Below are positions 24,379 through 36,934 of a DNA stretch of 64,000 bases, in pieces. The translations under genes and the position numbers were made by a program. Location: contig MU054033.1 of assembly GCA_013239625.1 (NCBI GenBank), forward strand, positions 124,001-188,000, given 5' to 3'. Within the stretch, counting starts at the first letter, position 1, and each line of letters starts with the position of its first letter. Under the pieces are notes generated by a model that saw nothing but the letters and a program-made list of their open reading frames with translations, searched no databases and was not told the DNA's origin. The stretch comes from Lama guanicoe. Lineage: Eukaryota.

Positions 24379-24922
24379 TGTAGGAGACATGAAAACAAAA
24401 CAAAACACAACAAACAACCCTTTCCTTACACTCTCTCATGTTCGGTTCCCAGGACCCTGAAAATTTAACCAAAAAAAAAAAACTAAGAAGAGCTTTATTT
24501 CATATCCATTTGAAAGGGTCTCACAGAAATGAAATGAAACCCCGAAAGTGGTTGGACCTGAGAGTCTTTATAGCATTTTGAGTGAGAGCAGCATGTGGAA
24601 ATAAGACAAAGGAAAAGGTGTTTGTGCGTCTAGAGACAGAACTGAAGGAGGATAAGCACACGGGGGAACCTAGCGGAGGAGAAGGGTTGTTCTAGGCAGG
24701 TTTGTAGGTGGGGATCCGCCCCGGCGTTGGCTCTGTCTCAGCTGATTAAAATGTTCTCTCCCTCGCATGAAGAGGCACTTGATCACCGGGAATTGATGAC
24801 CTGCTTTTAGGTGGGAAGGAGGCGCTCAGGGAGCCCCTTCCTGCACCTGCTGTTTCTCAGATGCTCAGAATGATCAGTAAGCCAGAGGGGTGTTTTGGGG
24901 GTGGCATGTTCTGATCCCTTCG
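24379..24922 (-). mobile_element. Solo ERV1 LTR, MER34-like, antisense
   Basis: Minus strand starts gaagggatcagaacatgccaccccaaaa and ends tctcctaca. Related to 22631-23194. Confidence 0.7.
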
Positions 24923-26559
24923 GAGAGGGGTGTGCCCCACGCTTCCCTGTCCCACCAGGCTTCTCCCAGGACAGGATCACTAGCTTTCTTAAGCCAGTAT
25001 TCTGTGCACATAAGTGCTCTGGGGATGGAATGAGCTGCGCTAAATGACGATGAGAAGTTGTGAGGCCCTGGGGTTTGGGCCCCTGGTTGGGGGCGGGGTG
25101 GGAGGGCGCTGCCTCAGTGTCAGGGCCTCCCCAGCCCCTCCAGCGGGCTTTCCCTAAACCACCAGGGACACTGTTTACCTCCACTTCGTTTATTCCATCT
25201 CAACTGGAATTCAGGCTGGGCGGCTAGATTCCACATGTTTTCTGGAATAACAATGCCTTCAAGGTTTATTTCTGTAGAAAGCTCTCTCTGGATTAAACCC
25301 ATTTAGGTTGAAACTCCATTCAAGGTTTTAAAAGGGCTTGGTGAGCAAATGCGGTTTTAATGCACCGCTAGTACTCCTCTGCAGTTCCACGGAGGTGAGG
25401 AAACTCGACTTGTTGAATTTAATCCAGCACTTGGCCCTTGGCACTCTCAGGTCTTGAGGCAGTTTGTTTAAGCAACCCAGTTCCTCAAAGCCAAAAGAGA
25501 AGTAAATTAAAATTCTTTACTGTATTGGGGAAATTTTAACACATCACATTTTCCTGGTGGTACTATTTTCAAACGGAGAACGATGAATAAAATTGTGTGT
25601 ATTTTACAAGCTAACAAAATAATCTCCCTAACACCAGTCTGACGTGTAAACAAACGAGTGTGTGTGCCCAAGCGGGAAGCAGCTGTGCGTTTTCAAAATG
25701 AGGAGCTGAAAGGGCAAAAAAGCATCCTGTCTCTTCAACAAAGTGAGATTTCAACTTCCTTTCGAGCAGGGTTTAAGGGTTACGTTTTTAAATATTTTAA
25801 ATAACATTTTATTATAATAGAAAAAATATATGTTCATTGTATAAAGACTAGAAATGTTCAGGAAAGCATCAAGGTCAAAAATCACCCTTAATCCTGCCAC
25901 ACAAGGTCATCGACCAATTATGATTCATGCTTAGAGGCACTTAATTAGTGATGGGGGGTTAATTCAGAGGGTAGAGGAGCAATTTTTACAGAAGAATGAT
26001 TGAAGATGGTCCACTTAACACTTAATGATAAATTTTTTTTTAATTTCATGGAGTAGGTATTCTCCCCATTGGATAAATTAGGAATTTTTTTCTGAATGAG
26101 TTTCTGCTGGCATCTTTATGAATTGTCCCATTTATAACAACGCGGCTCCTGAGTGATTAGAGCAATGACAGTGGTCATGATCAGCATTTCATGTGCCACT
26201 ACACTCGGTCAAGCACTTTCTTGATTCTCTTGAAAACCAGGCAAAAAATCCCATGAACCATGAACTTTTTTATGACTAAAAATTTAATCATTAAGTCAAG
26301 ATTAATTAGCAGGATATTGTATTAAGATATTAGAAAAAAAAAGTCCAGTGCCTTTGGCATGGAACACACATTGGAATGGTGACAAACACAAGACAGAGGC
26401 TGCCTCTGGTTCGGCATCAGTTAACACGCGCCAGGAGGGAGACAGTGCGCCCGAATCAGGACTTGGGGGTTACGGACGGAGCAGCGGAGTGTGTAATGGA
26501 GTCTAACCCTTGGAATAAGTAAATATCCGGAAGTCTGTGCTGGTACAAATAAAACTTGA

Positions 26560-27620
26560 ATAAGGGAACAAGTGGGAAAGCAGCAACAGCTCTTCCTTAC
26601 AGGTGAATCCCAGTCGGTGTCAGGAAGGAGCGAGACGGAAAACCAGCATGAGGCAGATACCAGCGTGATAACTACTGCAGGCAATGGGTGTGAGGATGAG
26701 CGTGGGGAAGTCTGAGGAGAAACAGGGTGTTTGCACTGTCTCAAAATCTCCCCCCTCTAATGATGACCCTGCATGGTGAGGCCCCCGACAGGCAGTCTCA
26801 CCCCGAGGACTGAGGGTAACGTCACCGAGGATCAGACAGACCCACGTGGTGGCCCCGGAGAGGGCGCCTTGCCCTGAGGAAGGCACAGGGGTTCCAGCTG
26901 AAAATGTGTCACCTCGAGCTCATCGTGAAAAAGCACCCGACAAGCTCCCAAGAGACGTTCTATCTAAAACAATTTAAAAGGCACTTATTTACAGAACAGA
27001 AACAGACTCACAGACACAGAAAGCAAACTTACCAGCGGGGAAAATCGGGAGTTTGGAATTTGCAGATGCTGACTACTGTATATAAAACAGATAAATGACA
27101 CGTTTCTCCTGCACAGCACAGCGAACTCTCATCAATATCCTGTAATAACCTACAATGAAAAAGAGTATGAAAAGGAGCACATGAATGTATATGGATGGCT
27201 GAGACATTGTGCTGTACACCAGAGACTACACAACATGGTAAACTGACTATACTTCAATTAAAAAAAAAAGAGAGACATTCTCTAGAAGTAACTGATCAGG
27301 GCTCTGCAAAAGTGTGTCGAGGCCATCAAAGACAAAGAAGACTGAGGAACTGTCCCAGAACGGAGACCGAGGGGCGGTGACCACGAGGTGCAAGGCGGGA
27401 TCCTGGAACAGAGAAGGGACACGGCGGGAAAACGGGTGAGACTCGCATGAGGTCGGTAGTTCGTCTAGCTAGCGTCCGGGCAACGCTCATTTCCTGGGTT
27501 TGATCATCGTGGCCTGGAAGATGTTACCCTTAGGGGAATCTGGACGAGGGTACACAGGAACTCTCAGCCCTACTGGCCGACTTTCCTGCAAGTCTAAAAT
27601 TGCGTAAGAATTAAAAAGAT
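26560..27620 (+). mobile_element. Old L1M (L1MC-like) 3' UTR, interrupted by a younger L1
   Basis: gacaaagaagactgaggaactgtcccaga...ggatcctggaacagagaagggac...ctgcaagtctaaaatt, typical of L1MC 3' ends. Confidence 0.65.
26962..27270 (+). mobile_element. Truncated lineage-specific L1 3' end inserted into an older L1M
   Basis: acttatttacagaacagaaacagactcacagac...actgactatacttcaattaaaa. TSD AGAGACGTTCT (26951-26961) / AGAGACATTCT (27271-27281). Confidence 0.82.
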
Positions 27621-28409
27621 GAAGAAAAGGAGCCATGGTGACGGAATGGTTTCCTCCCACTTGAGCACCAAATCCCGAGGCCCACGGGTGGCGCCCTCCC
27701 GCGGCCGGCATGGCTGTGTGATCAGCGGTCAGGCTGCTTCTCTCGCGGGTGACGGGAGCCGTCCCAGGGGAATCCTGGTTGAGGTCTGTTTAGTCTTGTG
27801 CGACCCAGGAAGGTGCCAGTTATAAACAAGAGAACTGGCCTCTGCTCACCAAGACTGGCATATAATTGAAGTAGAAAGTTGAACTGAAGAACCTTCAAGG
27901 ATATGCCAACATATAGACTAAAACGTATTCATCATGTAAAATGTAAGGCATACACAATGTTCTCAAGCTCGTGTTGAGGTCTGAAGGCGGCAGCAAATAA
28001 CGCCCCTCTTTTCTTCTGAATTCTGAACCAAATGACAGTCAGTGATCAAATGATCAGTTTCACGAGTGTTGCAGCTGATTGGAGAGGGTTCTCCGTCTAC
28101 TTCCTAAGGGCTTTTTCCGAATATCCTCCCCCAGCACCCCCCCAGTCACAGGCAGATCTGAGCCACCACAGCCCCTGAGAAGGCATAAGAGCTCAATAAC
28201 CAGATCTGGAGCGCCCGCTGTGGACGATCCAGGCACCACCAGCTTCCCCCAGACGCCCACCCAGGGAGCCCCCTCTTCCCTTGTGCTGACTGGAATGAAG
28301 AGGGGTCAAGCTCAGAATGCTAGAGAAGAAAGAGGAGAATGACTTCTCTACAGCTTATACCTAAAAGTTTAGCAAAAGTGCATGAATTAAGGTTGCAAGG
28401 AGGGGCCTG

Positions 28410-28620
28410 CGGGGAGGGGTGGCTGCGGAGTTAGCGTTTGATGGAGACAGTTTCTGTTTTGCAAGATGGAAAGGGTTCTGAGGAGGGAGGGAGGTGGGGA
28501 TGGTGGTTCACATGACAGTGTGGATGGACTTCATGCCACAGAACTCCATGCTTAAAAAAGAACAGTGATAATTTTACGTTATGTGTCTTTTACCCCAGTT
28601 AACAATTTTTCTAATTAAAA
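28410..28620 (+). mobile_element. Old L1M (L1MA/MB-like) 3' end
   Basis: gtttctgttttgcaagatggaaagggttctg...atgccacagaac...aattttacgttatgtgtcttttacc. Confidence 0.7.
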
Positions 28621-28642
28621 ATGAAAGAAAATGGTATATGAA

Positions 28643-28802
28643 GGGGAGGGTATAGTTCAGTGGTAGAGTGCGTGCTTAGCATGCGTGAGATCCTGGGTTC
28701 AAGCCCCAGTACCTCCACTAAAAAATAAATAAATAAAAATAAATAAACTTAATTACCTTCCCCCTCCCCACAAAATAAGAATTTTTTAAAAATTGAAAAA
28801 AA
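28643..28802 (+). mobile_element. Vic-1-type SINE (first of a tandem pair)
   Basis: ggggagggtatagttcagtggtagagtgcgtgcttagcatgc...ccagtacctcca with an A-rich tail. Confidence 0.9.
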
Positions 28803-28813
28803 GAAGCCATTAT

Positions 28814-28951
28814 GGGGTGAGTATAGCTCAGGGGTGGAGCACATGCTTAGCAGGCACGAGGTCCTGGGTTCGATCCCCAGTCCCTCCATTAAAACAAATA
28901 AATAAATAAACCTAATTACCAACCCCCCTCCAAAAATTTATTTTTTAAAAA
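28814..28951 (+). mobile_element. Vic-1-type SINE (second of a tandem pair)
   Basis: ggggtgagtatagctcagg...ggttcgatccccagtccctcca followed by aataaacctaattacc. Confidence 0.9.
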
Positions 28952-30949
28952 GTTTCCTGAATTCATAACAGAACCACAAATCAATGATGACTTCTGTCGT
29001 ACCCGTACTATTCAAAAGCAGAACAAAATGTCGTCACTCCAGCTTTTAGCTTTATGTCTGCTCTGGAGAGAGACAGAAAACGCTCTCACAAACTTTCTTT
29101 TCACTGCTCTCTCTCCCAGGACTCTTCAAGCAGAGAGATGCCCGGAAAATACCCCTCTAAGGCTTCCTGCTTGCTTCAGCAGTGAGTGGGTGAGAGGCTG
29201 CTGTGAGTTTCCCAGTAAGGAACAGGGAAGAAGCCAGTGTGGGGTCGTGGCAAAGCTAAAGTCGGTGGAGACAAGAGACTAGGGGGACGTCACTCAGGAT
29301 GGTGTTTTGTTCTGCATCAAAGGTGCCGATGAGTGAACTGGGCCCTGGTCAAGGTCGCGTGGTGAGGTGGAGGAGGCCCCCGTCCCAAGATCCCATCTTG
29401 ACGCCTCCGGATACAAAGTGGCGCTGAGACGGCTCCAGATGGACCCTGAACCCGTGACCTCTCCGCATAAAGACATCATGACACCCACCCCGCCATCTGG
29501 GGCTCATAAAACCACATTCTCTATCTTTTCTTGGCTCGCAGGCTAGTCGAAAGCTGCAGGGCAATATTTGGGACCGCTCCGGTTTATTTGTGGGCTTTAA
29601 TTCAGAACACATTTCCACAAAGGGAGGCAGAACAAAGCACAATGGCACTGAAGTTCAATTTACATTCTCAGTCAGTGAAACAAAATGGAAATAAAAAACA
29701 GTTGTGCGCGAGTCATTTATAACTCCAGTATGAGTCCAACAGCGCCTTTCCTCTAATGTCATGGAGTAAAAGACATTTTTAAACCACCGGCAAGGAGAGC
29801 TTAAGTGACCAAAAAAGGAGAGGTGAAGGCTTTATAGTAAAACAAAAAAAATCGAACTAAATTAGAGCGCCGATGACCGCGTGCAATCTCTCTCTCCAGA
29901 TCTGGCGGATGCGAAGTTATTTTAATATTTCCGGACTGGAAGTCTTTTCCTCCTGGTAACGGTTTGTTTTGGTGCCTCCTGTCATCGGGAAGGCGATGCT
30001 GTCCCAGGAAACTCGGCGCGGGAAACGCAGGCTATGCCGCGCAGCTTGGAGAGGCTCCAAGGCCACCGCGCCTGTCTGCCATCGCATCTCGTGGTTTCCA
30101 GGTACAAGTTTGCGTAGTGAGTTCCGCCCGGCTTGTTCTGCCAAAAAAAAAAAAAAAGGTACCAAGTGCTAACAGATGGCTGCAAGCTCCAGCACCGCGT
30201 CTGCTCCGCCGTTAAGGCCCCGCGCACGGCGCAGGCGTGTCCTTCCACGATGGGACCGGTTCTAAGGTGGCCGCGCCCCATCAAGAGGCTCCCCGAGTTC
30301 ACTTTTCAAACTTGATCTCGCCCGGAGAATCAGCAGCGGAACCGGAAGGAGACTCCGGCCCCCACGTCTTGCACATCTTCTGCAAAGCTGAAAACGACAT
30401 TCTTGGGGGAGCGCGGCCACGCCCTCACCAGAGCGGTCGCTTAAAAGCCGCTCGGCGGCTTCTCTGGATACCAAGGTGCCCTCAGCACCAGCCCTTGGCT
30501 TCTGCTGATTTTTCTCGGGACCATTTCTGGGTCCTCAGGCCAGATGATCACTCCCTGTTTAGCGTTTCTTTTACAGGAGCTTTCCCACATTGTGCTGTAA
30601 CTGTTTATTTACAGGCCTGCTTCCACAGCGGTACTGTAAACGCTCTCGGATGTGGAACCGCCTTCATTCATCCTTGTCTCCAGGGATTTCCGCCCAGCGT
30701 TTGGTGTGTAGTCAGAGCCTTGCCAAATGTTTACGGAAGGAATTAGTGCTCCACGCATACTAAACGCGGTAACTTTTCAAATTAAGGTTTTTTTTTCAAT
30801 TTTTTCTTTTCCTTTACTCTGTGTTTGGGTGCCTGCTAAAGAAATCGACACAGAAGAGGCATTTGACAATGTAGGAAACGGCTGGAGGTCAGACCTGTGT
30901 GTTAGCTCCTCCAGAACCCAATTCATAACCTCTCCTCCTCTGCTGGCCC

Positions 30950-31250
30950 CTAAGAGAGTGCAGAATGGCTCAAACCTGGTTTCCCAGAACTGCTTGCCGC
31001 CCGGTGCACCGAGCGAGCGGTTACGGCTAAAGATACATCAGTGGCAGGCCCGTGGGAGGCGCCCCCTCCTTCTTACACCGGAGACCACTGCAGCTGCCTG
31101 CAGACAGGAGGCAGCAAACCTGCATGTGAACCATCACACCAAGGATGGAGGAGCAGGGAGACAGAAAGACCCGGGATCCCGGAGGACCTCGCGGAGCAGC
31201 TGAGGCAACTGCTTTCTCCCGACTTACTGTTCTGTAAGAAAAATAAGCCC
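30950..31250 (+). mobile_element. Diverged MLT1 LTR
   Basis: ggatggaggagcagggagacagaaagacccgggatccc...gacttactgttctgtaagaaaaataagccc. Confidence 0.5.
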
Positions 31251-31278
31251 TTCTTCTTCTTCTTCTTCTTCTTCTTCT
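31250..31278. repeat. (CTT)n microsatellite
   Basis: About 9-10 perfect CTT units. Confidence 0.95.
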
Positions 31279-31536
31279 GTTTTTTTAAAGCCATTTTTAG
31301 CCCAAAGGTGGTCCGATGTCTTTGAATATTTTCAATTCGACAAGAAATAATGGAGCTGTTGCTCTTAGCAGAGCACTGACCTGGTTTGAACAGAAAGACA
31401 CAGCTTGACTAAGACAAAGAATAAAAAAAGATGCTCTTTGGAATTTACAGGACAACCTATTTGAGAGTATGTCAGGTCTTACTATATGTTGTTTTTTGCT
31501 GTTCTGACTGCCCAACCTCAAGCTATGTGTGTCTGT

Positions 31537-31555
31537 ACACACACACACACACACA
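31537..31555. repeat. (AC)n microsatellite
   Basis: About 9 AC units. Confidence 0.95.
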
Positions 31556-31566
31556 TATACACATGT

Positions 31567-31682
31567 ATTTTAAGTACAGTTACAATGTTGTGTCAATTTC
31601 TGGTGTACAGCATAACAGCTGAGTCCTACATAGACAAACATGTATTCATTTTCATATTCTTCCTCATTATAAGTTACTATAT
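31567..31682 (-). mobile_element. Short lineage-specific L1 3' end
   Basis: aagtacagttacaatgttgtgtcaatttctggtgtacagcata, the reverse complement of the L1 3' terminus seen elsewhere in the window. Confidence 0.75.
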
Positions 31683-32459
31683 ACTACACTGAACCATTAT
31701 AAAATAGGTTACAGCTTTCGTGACACTTTATACCTGAATATTTCATCCAACACTTGCAAAAAAAAAAAGAATCAGGATTTTCTCCTCTAGAATTATGATG
31801 TCATTTTCATAATAATCCTGAAATGTAATCTAATGCTCACTCCACATTCAAATTTCCCCAATTGTCCACCCCAGATGCCTCCCCTGGTTTTTTTAGAGCC
31901 ACAATCCAAGCATCGCATGATGTTTTTAGTTAAACTAGCCCTCCCCAGCCCTTATTTCTGCGTGATATTTATTGGCTTGTTGGAGAGGCCAGGCCAGCTG
32001 TTATGAAAAGTGTCTCACTTTAAGGATTTTGTCAGATTGTTTCCTTCGGGTGTCATTTTTATTGTTCCTCTGTCCCTGTATCTCTTGTAACTAGACGTCC
32101 ATCTAAAGGTTTGATGAGATTTGAGTTTAAACGTTTTTAACAAGAACACTGTAGGAGGCCCACGTGGGTGTTTCCCAGGGTTTCTTCTCGCCGCAGAGAG
32201 CCATCCGCCACCTTCCGCTCGCAGGCAGGCTTCTCAGCCGTGGGCCCCGCGCCTCCTCTCCCTGCGCAGAGCTTCACGCTCTCCCTGTGCCTGTTCTGAT
32301 GCGTCCCGCGGCCCCGCACCTCCCTGCCTCTGTGCTGTGGGCCCTCTACAGGCCATCTTTCTCCTGCAGGCATGGTCTGTGGTCGCAGGCACAGTAGACA
32401 CGGCCCTTGTGCGTGGGCAGACCTGGGACTCGCTTCTGATCAGTAAAACACCACACAGG

Positions 32460-32836
32460 TGAAGGGATGGCATCCCGTGATTAGGTTACGCACGATGGTA
32501 GCGTTCCTATGGCCAGCCGACTCTCTCTCCTGCTGCCTCTGGTGAGGAAATCTGCCATGTTGGAGAAGTTCTGAACACAGCAAGGAATGAGCCCCTCGGT
32601 CCAACCGCCTCAAGGACCTGACGCCTGTCAAGAACCACGAGAACCTGGAATTGAGTCCTTCCCCAATTGAGCCTCAGGTGAGCCCCCAGCCCTGGCTAGT
32701 ACCTTGATCAAGATCGCCCAGCTAAGCTGCACCAGGGCTCCCTGCCCACAGAACCTATGAGGTAATAAATGTGTGTTGTTTTAAGCGGGTAAGTTTGGGG
32801 ATAATATATATTCAATCACAATACATAATGAATACA
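32460..32836 (+). mobile_element. MLT1 (D/E/F-like) LTR
   Basis: cccagctaagctgcac...cccacagaacctatgaggtaataaatgtgtgttgttttaagc...gaataca. Confidence 0.8.
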
Positions 32837-34129
32837 TCCCCACATATCTCAGTTCCGTATTTGAAGCCTAATGGGTCTTCAAGGACCAATCTAAATACTT
32901 CAGTATCCTCAGTTCCCTGAGTCCCTGTTCATCCCTCACTGTCAGAACCATGCAATTAGTTATCTCACACTACGCCAGGACCATCAGTCTGATCCCTCCA
33001 ACCAAACCAGACGTTCTGTGTCGGCAGGAGCCACTTTTTGATGCTGTATCTCCCGCATTCTAAAGCATTACGTTGCAGGAGAGACTCACTGAACGCTTCT
33101 TATTGACAACGGCAGCAATTATCATATTCAGTAATCTGTGACAGTGTACGCTCACTGTAATCCTGGCTTAGCAAACAGTGGGAGCTGTGTCAGGAGCTAT
33201 AATCAAATAGATCTACAATAAAGAAGCATATTTGGCCCTGCAAAAGAGAACATTGTTATTTGGGATTTCCCTTTTTTTTTTTTTTCCACTTCTTGAGGAA
33301 ACAATACAAATGGAGTGAGTTAGTGACAACGATGTTTTCCAGATGTTCTCTAGATATGGCAATAAAAATATAAACAAAAGTCTTTTCTTCTTTTTTTCCT
33401 GAGAACTCTAGTAATAATAAGTTCAGTATTTAACCAGTTGACCCTTCTGCATGCTCGTATTTCCCCCCGAAGCTTGGGGTGCCAAGCACAGGAAGGTCTT
33501 GAAGAATCCATGTGTTGGTAAAGGCACTTTGGGGAGCCCTGACCATGATATTTATTCCCTTAAGGGTCCCATGAAATGAGAAAAAAATTTACTTTTAGAT
33601 GACAAATCCATCAGCTTGCTGAAAAACAGCACAAGGGCTTATCAGGGAATCAAACATTTTGCCTAATTGCAAATAAGAAAGTGGCACCAGAGATGCTATC
33701 TCAAAACTAAAGCCCCCATTTCATTTCTTAAGAGTCTAAACAATGTAGGGATCTGATGGCCTGGGTGGTTTTCCCCTGGAGAAGCATGGGAGAGAATGAG
33801 ATAATGTTGGACTAACAGGAAAATGGGAGGAAAAATAGATATCTCACCTCAAGGGTAAGAGATACGTGAACTTACATCACCCCCTGAATAAGAGCATCCA
33901 TTGATAGCTATGTGGCTCCCTTCCATGCACATCTGCTCCCTAGCACACCTTCAGACAAGGGGACTGATGGGAAATCTTTAAGGAAACACACAAGAAACCT
34001 CCTGTCATTAAAATACATGGAACATGCATGAAAAAGAAGGACCAAGATGAACAAACACAACAGACTTGGAAGGAAACAGAGACAATAAGGGGAGCAATAT
34101 GTGCTTGACAGTCTGTTGTCAACAAGGCA

Positions 34130-34560
34130 TCAACCACACTTCCATCTATTGTCTTCACATTGCAATGGAGCCAGGAACTAAGTTCCCAGAATCTTCTTTC
34201 TTGGATGGTTCTGGAAAGTGTCTGCTCATGAAAGACACATGCAAGAGATTAGGAAGACAAGAGGAGAGGCCGTTATTTCTAGGTGGCAGTTCTAACAGAA
34301 CATGTGAACAGATGTTGAACTCAGCATTCTCCCAGATTGCTCTACAGAACCACCCACCTCACTTCTGCAGAGTGGAAATTGATGGAAGCTTCCAAAGATT
34401 TATGAGAATTGCAACAGCTTCCTGGAAATCTCCTGAGAATCACCCACTTTGGGGAAGCCAGGCTAAAATTTTTAGTGACTACTTCACTTACCTGTATTCC
34501 CCCCCACCTTTTAATAGTCATGTGAACCCCTAAATCTTAACACTAAGAGCCTAGCATCTT
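34130..34560 (+). mobile_element. ERVL LTR (LTR33/41-like)
   Basis: aactaagttcccagaatc...gagattaggaagacaagaggagaggcc. Confidence 0.45.
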
Positions 34561-34679
34561 ATAGATGCTAGCCTATATAGAACAATATACATGATGTTCT
34601 TTTTTTTTTTTTCACCTGAGAAGACCCTGGTCAATGTGAATTGATTCTTAGATGGATTCAAGTGCATACTACATCAATA

Positions 34680-35290
34680 AAACAAGAATGGACTGCTAGG
34701 AAAAAGGAGCAGTCAGAGCAAAAGTTGTTAGAATTTTTTAAAATTATGTGCATTATGTATATATAAAATTATACATATATGTATGATTATTAAAACTGAG
34801 GATTCCATCCGAAGTTTCAAATTGTTGACTGAATATAGGTAAAGATGGGGTTATCTGTGGTCTGTAAGGTAATATCAAAGAAAGAAATTGGAAATGAGAG
34901 AGACCAAAAACTTAAAAGACCAAAAAATATACATAAAAGTCCAACAACTCAGTTAGATTCTTTGATGAAGAGGATAAAAAAAAATTAGTGTAAGAAAATT
35001 TCTTACAGATGAACAAAACCTCAAATTTTGAGATTTAAAGAATCCACCAAGTGCCAAGCAGAAAAATTTAAAAGACACACATCTAGGTACAATTTGGAGA
35101 AACTCTTTATCAAGGACAAAGAGGAAATCCTAAAACTTTCCAAGAAGATCAAGAGTTTACTTCATGAACAACAAGAATCAGACTGAAGTCTCTATCAAAT
35201 GCTGTATCTGACACTTGAAGAGAAGGAAACACTGCTTTCTTTCTCAGGGGAAATTATTTTAAACGTAGGGCCAAATATCAATGAAATGTG
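34680..35290 (+). mobile_element. Degraded L1 (or HAL1) ORF1-region remnant
   Basis: A-rich sequence with caccaagtgccaagc...acacacatctagg...aaatcctaaaactttcca...agaatcagactg motifs. Confidence 0.45.
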
Positions 35291-36587
35291 AGAGGAAACA
35301 AAGACAGCATTGGACTTGGAAAGTTAAGCTTTTGGTTGCAAGTAACAGGAGCCCCTGAGGGAGGGCAGATGTCACACAGGGCTGCTTTAGGGCTTAGAGA
35401 TGCTCTAGAGAGCCCATACCTGCCTGTGCATCTCTCCATCTCCCCACCTCTAGCTTCGGAGTCATTCTAAGACTTGCTCCCACTAAGATTCAAATTCCCT
35501 AGTTTACAGACATCAGGAGAGAAAAAGTGGAAACTCTACTTCCTTCTCTTCAGTCTGATGGGACTGCCTCAGGCTGTGTGTGCCCTACACAACATGACAC
35601 ATGCTGGCTATCTTAATCCACAAACCAGGAATGGGGATCACTTACCCTAAGTCATGTGGTTTAAGCAGGAAAGGGATGAATACCACGAAAGGGTTTTCTT
35701 CAAAAGAAAGAAGGAAAAATGGGTGCTGGATTGCTAAATAACAGTGTCCACTACACACTCTCGTATCCTTTCTGAAAAAATAATGTGAGGATATACTCCA
35801 ATAAAATGGAAAAGACATTCAAGAAAAAGGATAACACCCAAATCAAAGAATGGTGAGCAGAGAACTGTAATGAAATTAGAGGTATATCTAACACTTGTCA
35901 ATGATATGGCTATAAAGTGGGCTTCAGTTGTTAGATAAGGATTCTTTAAAAAGTAGAAGCATACATTTTTTAAAGAATAAAAGATAATCTGGAACTGCAA
36001 TTCCCAGTTATTTCAGTGAAACAGAGGAGAGAAGAGGAGTGAAGACAGTTAAAAGACAAATCCAACAAAAACACCAGTGAGTTTGCCTTGAAAGGTGGGA
36101 GAGTAAACATATTTATTCTCAAAATTATAAAATACATATATTTGCCCACGTGGTAGTGGTGAAGTTATGAATATAGAAAAATAACAAATTCTTTCTCATT
36201 AACCATTAGGGAAAAACATAATAGAAAAACAAGGAGAAAAATTTCTTCATCCATCATTTTGGCAAACATTTAGTTCGATAATCTTGGGTTTCAGTAGGGG
36301 CACAGGGAAATACACTCTTGTCGAAGTGTAAATATATAAGCTGTCTGGAAGAGGATTTATCAAGATCTCTCAAATGTTCAAACATGTAGACACATTTAAT
36401 TAGCAATTTACCTTCCAAGAAACTTTACGAAATACTTGCACTTGTTCACACACATAAATGATGACAATGATCCATGTAGTATTATGCAAAATAACAAACA
36501 ATGATATAGAAACTATAAACCCTCAAATAAAGGAACAACTGAATTATTGAATATTCATACTACAGAATCTTCTGCAACAGTTTGAAG

Positions 36588-36797
36588 CAGAGTTTGGTAA
36601 AATTTTTTTCTGCAAAAGGACAGATAGTAAATGAAAGCTTGGGGGTGCCTAATGGTCTACTTTGCAACTACTCACCTCTGCCATTGAAATGCAAAAGCAG
36701 TCATGGGCAGTACTGAAAAGAATGAGCATGTCCGTGCTTCCCTAAAATTTTATTTACAAAGACAGGCCGAGGTTGGATTTGATTACAGATCACCTGC
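36588..36797 (+). mobile_element. MER58A-like hAT-Charlie DNA transposon
   Basis: ttttctgcaaaaggacagatagtaaat...gcaactactcacctctgccattg...ttttatttacaaagacagg. Confidence 0.75.
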
Positions 36798-36934
36798 CAT
36801 TCGTTTAAAGGATTTCATTTGATCTAACGTACTGATATGAAAATGTCTCCATCATGCCTTAGTTTAAAAACTCAAGTAGGAAACCAATGTATTTTATGAT
36901 GCAGTTTTGAAAATTGAATGTGAATTTACATATG

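Noticed and set aside
28645..28718. tRNA-Ala(AGC) gene, and similar heads at 8751, 19472, 28814 and on the minus strand
   Set aside because: These are tRNA-like, but they have stem mismatches and mutated A/B boxes, each is followed by the shared SINE tail, and several have TSDs. They are Vic-1-type SINEs.
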